DNA from: Macrostomum lignano | Lineage: Eukaryota | DNA: 64,000 nt | Assembly: GCA_002269645.1 (NCBI GenBank) | Contig: NIVC01002528.1 | Span: 100,168 to 164,167, forward strand | Reading direction: 5' to 3' | In this document: positions 1 through 31,389 of the stretch, one piece after another | How positions within the stretch are numbered: position 1 is the first letter of the stretch | Layout: each line of letters starts with the position of its first letter | Position numbers and translations under genes: made by a program | The notes under the pieces: model-generated | Seen by the model: only the letters and a program-made list of their open reading frames with translations | What the model was told of the DNA's origin: nothing | Databases searched by the model: none

Positions 1-220
1 TACGTGTTTCCTATTGGTCGGACGTCGGGCCGACGTCGAAGTCGTAGTCCAAAAATTTATTTCGCGCTTCTTTAACATTTATTTTCGCGGGATGAACTGG
101 CAAGCAATACTGTTATGCTTAATTTAATTATTTAAGGCGAATAACGTGAATTAAGGCGAATTTAATTTTTCGACTACGACTTCGACGTCAGCCCGACGTC
201 CGACCAATAGGAAACACGTA
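1..220. repeat. Inverted repeat / foldback (MITE-like), arms about 58 bp, possibly extending beyond the window start
   Basis: 1..58 TACGTGTTTCCTATTGGTCGGACGTCGGGCCGACGTCGAAGTCGTAGTCC.. is the near-exact reverse complement of about 163..220. Confidence 0.8.
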
Positions 221-281
221 ATGTTACATAGACGTCGTACGACGTCGGTCAGATACGTCGGATTGTTGTACGGGCTAGGAC

Positions 282-870
282 CTATAGATGGGTGTGTCTA
301 GAATCTCTAGATGGGTGTGTCTAGGATCTATAGATGGGTGTGTCTAGAATCTCTAGATGGGTGTGTCTAGGATCTATAGATGGGTGTGTCTATGATCTAT
401 AGATGGGTGTGTCTAGGATCTCTAGATAGGTGTGTCCTATGATCTCTATATAGGTGTGTCTAGGATCTATAGATGGGTGTGCAGGATCTCTAGATGGGTA
501 TGCAGGATCTCTAGATGGGTGTGTCTAGGATCTATAGATGGGTGTGCAGGATCTCTAGATGGGTATGCAGGATCTCTAGATGGGTGTGTCTATGATCTCT
601 AGATGGGTGTGTCTAGGATCTATAGATGGGTGTGTCTATGTTCTCTAGATGGGTGTGTCTAGGATCTCTAGATGTGTGTGTCTAGGATCTCTAGATGGGT
701 GTGTCTATGATCTCTAGATAGGTGTGTCCTATGATCTCTATATAGGTGTGTCTAGGATCTATAGATGGGTGTGCAGGATCTCTAGATGGGTATGCAGGAT
801 CTCTAGATGGGTGTGCAGGATCTCTAGATGGGTGTGCAGGATCTATAAATGGGTAGGCAGCATCTATAGA
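282..870. repeat. Minisatellite, 23-bp unit GGATCTATAGATGGGTGTGTCTA with 21-bp variants
   Basis: Direct tandem copies visible in the sequence. Confidence 0.95.
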
Positions 871-1072
871 TAAATGCCAGGTTCTGTAGATATGTGGTTT
901 CCAGGGGCCTCTGGTTCTCTAAAAGTCTGGGATGAGATCCATGAAATTCTGGCGGGATTTACTCTGCCCGAGCGGTAATTCCAATAAAACTATAAACTTA
1001 GATAAATGTGAACATTATTTAACTATTTATTAATCTGCCCAACAAGGCCAGAACAGATATCTCATAACTTAC

Positions 1073-1277
1073 CAGTTCGCATCAATTTAGTTGGAGTGGC
1101 GTATTCTTTGAGTATGTTCCATTCAATATCGTCATAGCTACTCATGGTTGCTGCGCGTTTACGAGCAGAGACAGTGGCATTGTCATTCGACTCAGGTGAC
1201 CAGGTTGTTCCGGTGAGCTCGGTCCTCTGCACCAGCTGATTGACTAAGCTGTTCGAATCTAAATTGTAATAATTCAT
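1073..1277 (-). CDS. Probable first coding exon of a gene that continues beyond the window start (possibly a GPCR-like extracellular N-terminus)
   Basis: ATG at 1277, 68 codons plus 1 nt (MNYYNLDSNSL..EYATPTKLMRT), then a consensus donor G|GTAAGT at 1072; contains an N-A-T sequon. The product assignment is inference only. Confidence 0.5.
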
Positions 1278-1379
1278 TTATTCATGTAAGGATTGTTTGA
1301 TTTATTGAATAATCTTTCAGTTTACTAGTACTAATTCCTTTATTGATTGTTTATCCCTTCATTGATTACTTCATATACC

Positions 1380-2080
1380 AATTGATCGATCGATTGATTA
1401 ATTGCTAGACTGATTGATTGATTGATAGATTGATTGCTGGGTTTCATTAATTGATTGACTGATTGATTGATTGATTGATTGATTGACTGATTGATTGATT
1501 GACTGATTGATTGCTGGGTTGATTGATTGATTGCTGGGTTTCATTGATTAATTGCTGGGTTTCATTGATTGATTGACTGATTGATTGATTGACTGATTGA
1601 TTGACTGACTGATTGATTGACTGATTGATTGATTGACTGATTGATTGCTGGGTTGATTGATTGATTGCTGGGTTTCATTGATTAATTGCTGGGTTTCATT
1701 GATTGATTGACTGATTGATTGATTGATTGATTGACTGATTGATTGATTGACTGATTGATTGCTGGGTTGATTGATTGATTGATTGATTGATTGACTGATT
1801 GATTGATTGCTGGGTTTCATTGATTGATTGCTGGGTTTCATTGATTGATTGACTGATTGATTGATTGACTGATTGATTGATTGACTGATTGATTGACTGA
1901 CTGACTGATTGATTGACTGATTGATTGATTGACTGATTGATTGCTGGGTTGATTGATTGATTGATTGATTGATTGACTGATTGATTGATTGCTGGGTTTC
2001 ATTGATTGATTGACTGATTGATTGACTGACTGATTGATTGATTGCTTGATTGCTGGTCTGATTGATTGCTTGATTCATTT
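1380..2080. repeat. (GATT)n-type microsatellite interspersed with GCTGGGTTTCA variants
   Basis: Direct observation; explains the spurious QSINQS ORF. Confidence 0.95.
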
Positions 2081-2769
2081 ACTCGTTAATTCATTCATTG
2101 CTTGCCTGAAAGGAACCGATATCATTTCAAAGAGCTAACGTTTGGAACAAAATTTCGAGAGGCATCGAGAATCCCTAATTAAACATTGGAACCGAGAAAA
2201 ATATTTTTTTGTACACGACGGCAAAAATTTCGAGTGACCTTATAGCCTGGTAAAGTACCGGTCATTTATAAAATGCTACTTAGAAGTAGAGTAATACAAA
2301 CACTCGCTGTATAACAAAATAATAAATCGTTATGAAAAAACAATCAAACAATTAATAAACAACGAATTACCGAAAGTAGAGTTACAGCTAGGCTAGGCTG
2401 CTTATTAAAAAACCAATTTCCGTTGAATTTTTAGTTCCGATACCCCTAAGAGGTTTATTGATTTGATTATTGATTGAACCTAATCACGATACCCTAGACG
2501 CCTAGAGTAACAGGATTTAGTTACTCAGTTATTCAGATTCAGTTATTCAGAGAAAGATGCCCTTTCTGGAGGACCTAATTGGTATTATGGTAAATTGATA
2601 ACATTATTAGACCGCATCCTAGTTGTGTTTTCGAACTTTCGAGCTCGGGTAATAGTAAAAGCTCCCACGAATTGAATTGTTTTGTATAAACTACAGTTGC
2701 TCTTGTAAGTACGGAGTCTGTAACCATAAGTGATCACTAAAATTTGTTCTCAGACTTGCGGTCTAAAGT

Positions 2770-2845
2770 CTCTCCTCTCTCACTCTCTCTGTCTCTCTCC
2801 TCTCTCTTTCTCTCTCCCCTCTCTCTCTCTCTGTCTCCCTCTCTA
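2770..2845. repeat. Degenerate (CT)n microsatellite
   Basis: Direct observation. Confidence 0.8.
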
Positions 2846-3657
2846 ATGTAATAATTCACATCAAAATTGACAAATAAAAAAGCAAGCAATCAACAACACT
2901 TTACCTGTCGAATTGTCCAGATTTTCCCGTCGAGTTTGAGACATGCTTCTTTTAAAACAGAGGAACAAGAAAAGTAGAAGATTAACGGAGAACAAGCGAA
3001 GAGCCGGCTTGCAAGAAGTTTCTTGAACAGAGAGGAGCGTCTGGCTTATCCTTATATACCTGGAATTAAGGCATTCCTTCACTGGGGGGGGGGGCGGGTG
3101 GATCCAGAGAGGGAGAGAGAAAATGGGATTGACAATGTACATATCAATAGAACTTGCTGGCTCCTGCATGTGCTGCTTCAGGACTGTATCCGCAAACTGT
3201 CAAGGTAGGCCCCCACACCCTCCTGAGATAGACACGGAGTCACCCTCCACCCATGCGATGACTCATAATTTTTTCGAATATAAATCTGTGCACACACGGT
3301 GGATCTGCTCGCTATAACGCTGGGCCCGCATCACCATTTGTTAGAACTGTCTGAGTCATAACCCCAACCTTCCAACACTTCCAATGGTAGATTAGATAAC
3401 ACTGCCCCGGAGTCGTGAAATGGCTGAATATGAATAAGGGATGAGGCCCATATTAGTTTAGCTAATTTTAGACATCTATAATGAAATAACCATGGCTTAG
3501 AAATTTTCCAGAGACTCCAGGAGCGATCAGCGATTTCAGGCATCTTGGTCTCCTCCCTTCGGTGCCTCCGATTTTAGCTTAAAATTAGCTTAAAAATTAA
3601 TTTTTTTAAACAGCTCATCTGAAAAATAACGGCCAGACGGTTCTCTAAAAAATCATT

Positions 3658-4335
<678 letters not shown>

Positions 4336-4663
4336 GAACGCAAAATTAGTATATAGAAGATTTAGTATATTTAGAGGTGTGTTATATCAATAATTATAGT
4401 TGTATAGTTAGTCATTTGGTTTTAAGTTTTTTGTCTAATGAATTGCATGTAAATGAAATTTTATTAAGTAATCCACATATACTAAATATCTAAAGTCTGT
4501 TAAGTAATATTAGCTAAACTTCAAATATTTAACGACAACTAAGATATGAAAAAATGTTTGAATAATAACAGACGTTACGATTTTGGTACAACAAGCATTC
4601 ATCTACGCGTACCAGTTTAGTAACAAAGCAAAACATTTCTTCCTACTAAGACTAACCCTAACT

Positions 4664-4820
4664 CAGGGGCGTCGCCACCAGGAAGGACAGGGCGGACATT
4701 CCCTGCCCCCCCCCCCCAGTAAAGCTATGGGGGGGCATGTCAATGCTTTGTCCCCCCGCGCCCCACCTTGCGACCCGTTATGGAAATCAAAAAGTTTGCC
4801 TCATGGCGCAAAATGAGTAA
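4664..4820 (+). mobile_element. Fragment of hAT-like MITE family A (CAGGGGCGTCGCCA end)
   Basis: Begins CAGGGGCGTCGCCA and matches 34926..35100 (cagtaaagctatggggggg, caatgctttgtc, accttgcgaccc). Confidence 0.75.
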
Positions 4821-4983
4821 CTGTGGGGCTGGATGTGGGATAATATCGCCGAAGGCGGCGTTGCGCCAGGATGCCGGCAGAACTGCAACTATTTTCATTA
4901 ATATTATTGTTATAGTTATAGCCTCAGGTCGTGGCCTCAGTGCTTTTACCCCTGAGCTACTCTGCTTCCACATAATGTGTTAA

Positions 4984-11130
<6,147 letters not shown>

Positions 11131-11513
11131 GGCTTGAGCTTAGCTATATCGATTTCTAGATGATACTTTGCAGGTTTGAAGAATCCTGATTTTCGCTGGG
11201 CCTGATCCGAGATTAAATATATAGACTTCAATTTCAATGCAAATGATACATCTGCAGGGTTGGTTGCGTTGGTCAACCTGTCATCATGCAGAATTATACG
11301 GCTTTATTTAATGGCTTGCAGCTTAGATTTACTTCCAATTAAGTATAAGTTTCCCTTGATCAAGAATCAGAGATCGTCACGGATATCACGTCAAATACTG
11401 TAAAGTGCATGATGGGCATTAATAGTTCCAAATTCGATCTCATTAAATGCTACAGTACTTAACTTACTCTTGCCTACTATAAATCAATATTGCTTAGTCT
11501 ATATCCTTCTATA

Positions 11514-12931
11514 CCTTTTTACGTTCTATTTGATAAAAACTGCAACCAATTTGGCCACGGCTCAGCCTGACCATAGACATAGAATTTTCCATAGACAGCC
11601 ACCGCCAGCGGCAACCAATCTGGTAAAAACTGCGAGCTATTTTGCCAGCTTGAAGATAGCAGCTGCTCTGATGGCGAATCGTGGGCCGTACCAAAAGATA
11701 AGTCAGCTGGATCGAGAGCGAATCGTGAGAGCGTACAGGAGTGGCGACGACTGGGGAGAGCTTGGCAGAATGATGGGGATGAAGAAACCGACAGTGAGGA
11801 ACATCGTGACCACGTATGAACGAACTGGTAGAGTTGGCACTCTGCCAAAAGGAGGAGTGAAGAGGATGGCGCTGACGGAGGCTATGGTGGACACCATTGT
11901 TCAATTCGTCGAAGGTCAACCTACTGCGACGCTGCAACAAATGAGAGAGCACCTGCTGCACCAACACAATGACGTTGCCAACGTGAGTCTGACCACTATC
12001 AGTCGTGCTCTGGATGGTCGCCTCATCACCCTGAAGTTACTGCGCCAGGTACCTGTGAACTGGAACATGCCTGTTACAAAGGAGGCGCGAAGGATGCACG
12101 TTGAATGGATGCTGGACGAGGGAAGCCAGGTGAACACCATCTTCATGGACGAGTTTGGGGTGAACATCTGGACGGCGAGGACTCAAGGCCGCTCAGCGAA
12201 GGGGCTCCCAGCTGTGACTGTCGTCAGCGGACAGCGTGGGCAGAATCTCACCATCTGCCTGGCCATCTCGCAACTCGGCCTGATTCACAGCACTCTCGTC
12301 GAAGGAGGCTTTAAGAACGAGCACTTCATGGAATTCCTCTCTGAGATCGATGTTCTGATGGAAGAGGAGTTTGTGCTACTGTCCGATGGGGCTCGCACTC
12401 ACCTAGGTGTCCCTGGGATGTCTGAAGGTCATGCTCACCGATTCCTGCCTCCATACTCGCCGTTCATCAACCCGGCGGAGTACGCAGGCTCAGCGCTGAA
12501 GGCCAAGCTGAAAACGCAATTGCAATCACCTGCCATTCAGCTCGAGGTGGCAGATACTGGACTGGCTGCTGCAGCAGGTGCGACACTGCATCAGCACAGG
12601 ATGCGCATTCTGAAGAGAGAAGTGCAGCAAGCACTGAACTGCATCACGCCTCTCAAGTGCCTGCGCTGGATCAACCATTCCCAGACGTACTTCAATCGGT
12701 GCTTGAATGCTGAGGACATAATGTTCTGACTTCGTGCATGTATTGTTAACATTCTTTATCGTTATTGTTATGCTATTGAGCTGCTATCTTCAAGCTGGCA
12801 AAATAGCTCGCAGTTTTTACCAAATTGGTTGCCGCTATAGCGGTGGCTGTCTATGGAAAATTCTATGTCTATGGTCAGGCTGAGCCGTGGCCAAATTGGT
12901 TGCAGTTTTTATCAAATAGAACGTAAAAAGG
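11514..12931 (+). mobile_element. Full-length IS630/Tc1/mariner-superfamily DNA transposon with long TIRs (11514..11664 and 12779..12931)
   Basis: Near-perfect inverted repeats of about 150 bp starting CCTTTTTACGTTCTATTTG and flanking a single transposase ORF; left flank TA, right flank AA. Confidence 0.93.
11671..12729 (+). CDS. Tc1/IS630-like DDE transposase, 352 aa, intact, DD30E
   Basis: N-terminal HTH-like region; IFMDE, LSDG, LPPYSPFINPAE catalytic motifs. ATG 11671 lies just inside the left TIR; the upstream TTG-initiated extension reads through the TIR and is not real. Confidence 0.92.
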   Translation: MANRGPYQKISQLDRERIVRAYRSGDDWGELGRMMGMKKPTVRNIVTTYERTGRVGTLPKGGVKRMALTEAMVDTIVQFVEGQPTATLQQMREHLLHQHNDVANVSLTTISRALDGRLITLKLLRQVPVNWNMPVTKEARRMHVEWMLDEGSQVNTIFMDEFGVNIWTARTQGRSAKGLPAVTVVSGQRGQNLTICLAISQLGLIHSTLVEGGFKNEHFMEFLSEIDVLMEEEFVLLSDGARTHLGVPGMSEGHAHRFLPPYSPFINPAEYAGSALKAKLKTQLQSPAIQLEVADTGLAAAAGATLHQHRMRILKREVQQALNCITPLKCLRWINHSQTYFNRCLNAEDIMF

Positions 12932-13169
12932 AATATTATTAATCTGGTAATAGGAACACCATAAGCATACGTGCGCTTCCAAAGTTCCAATCAACAGTCT
13001 ATATGGCTGTCAAAGCTCGTATGCACAGTAAATTATGTTTGGAAAAGCAAAATCATTTTTCACCCCCAGACTGATTTGATCGAAGACTCATTCGATGTGT
13101 CTGTGAAATTAAGCTTGTCAGTCAAGATGCAGTGTAGTAGACTAGAATAGTAGAGATGTCTATTACACA

Positions 13170-14189
13170 TGCGCCGCACTTATTTTAGCACCGCAGCTAG
13201 AACTCATTTTGGCGCCAGACACTCATTTTGGCGCCACAGACACTTTTTCTGGCCGCAAACACTCATTTTGGCGCCGTACTCATTTTAGCGCCACAGACAC
13301 TCATTTTAGCGCCACAGACACTCATTTTAGCGCCACAGACACTCATTTTAGCGCCGCAGACAGACACTCATTTTGGCGCCACAGACACTTTTTCTGGCCG
13401 CAAACACTCATTTTGGCGCCGTACTCATTTTAGCGCCACAGACACTCATTTTAGCGCCGCAGACAAACACTAATTTTGGCGCCGCAGTCATTTTGGCGCC
13501 GCAGTCATTTTGGCGCCGCAGACAGACACTCATTTTGGCGCCGCAGACAGACACACATTTTGGCGCCGCAGACAGACACTCATTTTGGCGCCGCAGTCAT
13601 TATAGCGCCGCAGACAGACACTCATTTTGGCGCCGCAGACAGACACTCATTTTGGCGCCGCAGTCATTTTGGCGCCGCAGACAGACACACATTTTGGCGC
13701 CGCAGTCATTTTGGCGCCGCAGTCATTTTGGCACCGCAGACAGACACTCATTTTGGCGCCGCAGACAGACACTCATTTTGGCGCCGCAGTCATTTTGGCG
13801 CCGCAGACAGACGCACATTTTGGCGCCGCAGACAGACACTCATTTTGGCGCCGCAGTCATTATAGCGCCGCAGACAGACACTCATTTTGGCGCCGCAGAC
13901 AGACACTCATTTTGGCGCCGCAGACAGACACTCATTTTGGCGCCGCAGACAGACACTCATTTTGGCGCCGCAGTCATTTTAGCGCCGCAGACAGACACTC
14001 ATTTTGGCGCCACATATATACTCATTATGGCGCCGAGAGCGCTATATATTTTGGGGCCCTGAAGCATAAATTATTGATTTCCATAACGAGTCACAAGGGT
14101 AGGGTGAGGGGGACAAAGCATTTGCATGTCCCCCCATAGCTTTTACTGGGATAGGACACCCCCATGTCCCCCTAGTGGCTTTGCCACTG
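13170..14189 (-). mobile_element. MITE family A copy with an expanded internal 21-25-bp minisatellite (TTTTGGCGCCGCAGACAGACACTCA)
   Basis: 14040..14189 is the reverse complement of the family A left end (compare 34926..35040); array at about 13203..14010; the other end is missing. Confidence 0.8.
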
Positions 14190-15160
14190 ATAGTGCAGCT
14201 ATACAGACAAAGTGGTACTTGAATTAGTCGTGCCAAATGTATAATCAGAACACATAATCCATCGATCACGTCGCCTGACTGCCAAATGTGGTATTTTTAC
14301 ATCCACCAACGTTCAGCCTTCCCCAACTGACTCGCTGTACATTGCATGGGGTCTTCATTTGCTACTGATTTTCTGGATGCATACATGATCGATCATGCAC
14401 CACACGTTTTGTAGAGTTCGTATTACATATAGCCAAGGACCAATCGACTACGTGGTCCTTGCATATAGCTTTATATAATTACAGTGTATTACGCATAACA
14501 TAGTCACCAAGAAGATTTAAATCAGTTAAAGCAATAAGTTCTGAAGATTTCTGTTTTTAAACTAATATTTAATAAAATATTAAAATATAGGATTCCACAA
14601 TTTCGGTAAATTTCGGTAAAGATCGAGCTTACCAATTCGGAAAGTAATTGGCTGATTTGCTATAATTTCTAGTCGGATGGTTGCAACTGAATAACAATAA
14701 CAAAATGAAAGCGTAGTGAGCTAAGTGTCATGAATGTGTGAATGAAGCTTATATTATTTTTCGCGTTAATCGGCGGAATTTCATTGGCTGACTGGCACAC
14801 AGTGATGCAAAAATCGGCACTTATTAAAAAAGTGTCATTTTATAATTTTTAAAAAAATTACAGAGATCAACTAAATTCTCTGTACTTAGATAAAAAGTCT
14901 AACTACAGCATTTTTTACATAAAAGTTTTGTTATGTAATGCAGTGATAGCTAACGTAGTTCTTTAAAAATTACAAACTGATATTTTCTATAAAACGGAGA
15001 AGTTTTCCAAGTTGAGGACTTGAGGCCAAGCGTAGCCTAGCCTACTAGTTCGATTGGCAAAAAAGTGTTTTTCCTAAGCTGGAAAAATCTGTGAATTGAA
15101 TTTATATAATTAACACGTTCATCAACTTATAACGCTGATTTTTTAATTATCAAAACTACA

Positions 15161-28860
<13,700 letters not shown>

Positions 28861-29029
28861 TTAATAACTTTAATTTATGATTCTTTACGCTACTATAGTG
28901 CATGCAGAAATTGCTGAATAGTTCTATTGTCTGTTGTGTTTATAAGTTTTTTTGCTTGAAGTTATTTAATTAGTTTCTATTCATATAGTGTCTTATTATT
29001 ATAAACTTGATCCGTAAAATTTTGCTCTT

Positions 29030-29578
29030 GGGCCACTGCCAGCCTCCCAGAGTGTCAGTTGCTGGGCCAGCCTCCCAGATCCTCAGCTGCTTGGCCAGCC
29101 TCCCAGAGTGTCAGTTGCTTGGCCAGCCTCCCAGACCCTCAGTTGCTGGGCCGGCCTCCCAGATTGTCAGTTGCTTGGCCAGCCTCCCAGATCCTCAGTT
29201 GCTGGGCCAGCCTCCCAGATCCTCAGCTGCTTGGCCAGCCTTCCAGAGTGTCAGTTGCTTGGCCAGCCTCCCAGACCCTCAGTTGCTGGGCCGGCCTCCC
29301 AGATTGTCAGTTGCTTGGCCAGCCTCCCAGAGTGTCAGTAGCTGGGCCAGCCTCCCAGAGTGTCAGTTGCTGGGCCAGCCTCCCAGAGTGTCAGTTGCTG
29401 GGCCAGCCTCCCAGAGTGTCAGTTGTTGGGCCAGCCTCCCAGAGTGTCAGTTGCTGAGCCAGCCTCCCAGAGTGTCAGTTGCTGGGCCAGCCTCCCAGAG
29501 TGTCAGTTGCTGGGCCAGCCTCCCAGATCCTCAGTTGCTGGGCCAGCCTCCCAGATCCTCAGTTGCTGGGCCAGCCAA
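29030..29578. repeat. 28-bp GC-rich minisatellite GGCCAGCCTCCCAGAGTGTCAGTTGCTG downstream of the Rab6 stop
   Basis: Direct observation. Confidence 0.95.
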
Positions 29579-29796
29579 TTTTTTAGTTTTCTTGTGCTGT
29601 CTTTATTCAGGTACATTTTGTAACCTCAATCTGAATGCAAATCGCACAGGCTAACATCGAAAATTTTGCAAACGAAACTAGAATTTAGACTTAAAGACTT
29701 CGCAATAATTAGCGCTGCTTTTTGAAAATCCCAGTTATCAATGATATTAGAAGAAATTTGATTGACTCAATGCACTTTAATGTTGTTCACAAAATG

Positions 29797-30232
29797 CACA
29801 CAGATACTAAAAGAACTAGATGGGCCACTCAGGCAAATATACTTAGTAAAGCGGCTTTCTAATTTCAGTTCAGTAGCAAACAAGAACACATAAGCTATTT
29901 TATAAAAGTAAAGGCAGCTTAAATGCTTATTAAGTTTAGAAGCTAAGTGCAGGCGTAAACAACTTGCTAATTGGTTCAGCAATGATGTACATCAGCCAGT
30001 CCACTGAAATGTACATGGCAGCTTTAGGCTGGAATTCCGAGAAGGCAATAAAAATTGGGGCGGAGGTTGTGCGTGGAAAGGCGGGGTTGGAGGGTTTAAG
30101 CTGGGGGTAAGAGCCAGTAAATGAGCCTTGTTTTTAAAAATGCATTAAAATGCTTCTGTTTAACTTACTACTGAATTGAAAGTAGCTTACACGCAAATCT
30201 GCTGAGTGGCTCATCTAGTTATTGTATCTGTG
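29797..30232 (+). mobile_element. MITE family B (about 440 bp; TIR CACAGATACTAAAATAACTAGATGGGCCACTC), copy 1
   Basis: TIRs at both ends; candidate 8-bp TSD ACAAAATG; colinear with 62030..62470. Confidence 0.85.
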
Positions 30233-30889
30233 ACAAAATGTTTGAAATTTCATGCGCTGAAAATTTTCTGTAATTTTTAGGGTTTTTAAAACCAATCTAC
30301 TCGTAATCTTTCGCTGCTTTCAAGCTAATTTTAACCGATGATCTCTGCTCTCGATTTGCTTCCTATTACTCGTAAATCACTCTCTGTTCGCACACATTTT
30401 AGTTAAGCTTCCGCAAACCAATTTCCTAGTTTCTTACATTTTATCACAATCGTTTTTTGTTTGTTTTTATCTCGGAATGCTTGGCTTATTAACAGACTAC
30501 TTATTTAGTAGGCATGCTGCGGACATGTGTATCATTTTTTATTTGGGCGTGCTTTACTGATAAGGAAGCAACCCGCTTGCAAAAGTTTTTTATATTCAGC
30601 TATTTTGCTATGTAGCCTTAATATTCTGTTTTCATATTTCAATTTATCTTCTCGCTGATAAATTGCAATTTTAAGTAGCTTTTCTCATTTGAACAAATTA
30701 TACGAAAATGATTAATTCTTTCTTAAATTCGACGTATCTTATTCGATGTACTGCCTTTATATATGGCCACCCAATCAAAATCAGCATTTGGTCAGAATTC
30801 CATTGTTAGATCTTAATTCCTTAAATATGAAGAGCAACAGTTTGATGCAATTTTAACAAAAAATAATAATTGATTACACATCCATTGGC

Positions 30890-31160
30890 CAGATGTGCAA
30901 CCGACAGCTCAGCCGCAGCTATTGCGCAGCGCATCTGAAGGCTGCGTACGGCTGTTCAGTCCAAGGACTGTGGAGTCGTCACAAACACCCTGAATAATTA
31001 CCCCGGCTAATGCTGGCACCCATTTTGCAGCTGGGTGAACTGAAGCAATGTAGACATTGCAGAGTTAAGTGTCTTGCTCAATGACACAAATTGTTCCGAG
31101 TGGGATCGGGAATCGAACCCCCGACCTTGAAATATGGAGGCTTTATTGACAAGGTGCTGA
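30890..31160 (-). mobile_element. tRNA-derived SINE with a CORE-like central domain
   Basis: Minus strand: B-box GGTTCGATTCC, then TGTGTCATTGAGCAAGACACTTAACTC..CAGTTCACCCAGCTGCAAAATGGGTGCC, which resembles CORE/MIR-type SINE bodies. Confidence 0.7.
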
Positions 31161-31389
31161 TTGTTGCACTGGGGTGTATTGAATACACAATATCTCGACG
31201 GTCTGGCTGGCGACTTGATTGTTGTTTGAGAAGTTGTGCAAAATAATTTAGCCCGTGTTTAAAGTTTTTAACAGAAACTTTAGTAAATGGGACTATAGTA
31301 ATCGTAACCCCCTTTGGGAAGGTACATGGGGATTGCACCGTATAAAGTAATAAATACTTACCTACTAAAAAATAAATTGTGGTTTATAC

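Noticed and set aside
11470-11670. 67-aa hydrophobic N-terminal extension of the transposase in the ORF track
   Set aside because: It starts at TTG outside the element and reads through the TIR; the real start is ATG 11671.
14428-14470. Small hairpin CAAGGACCA..TGGTCCTTG as a Helitron end or terminator
   Set aside because: No adjacent CTRR terminus or family evidence; too short to interpret.
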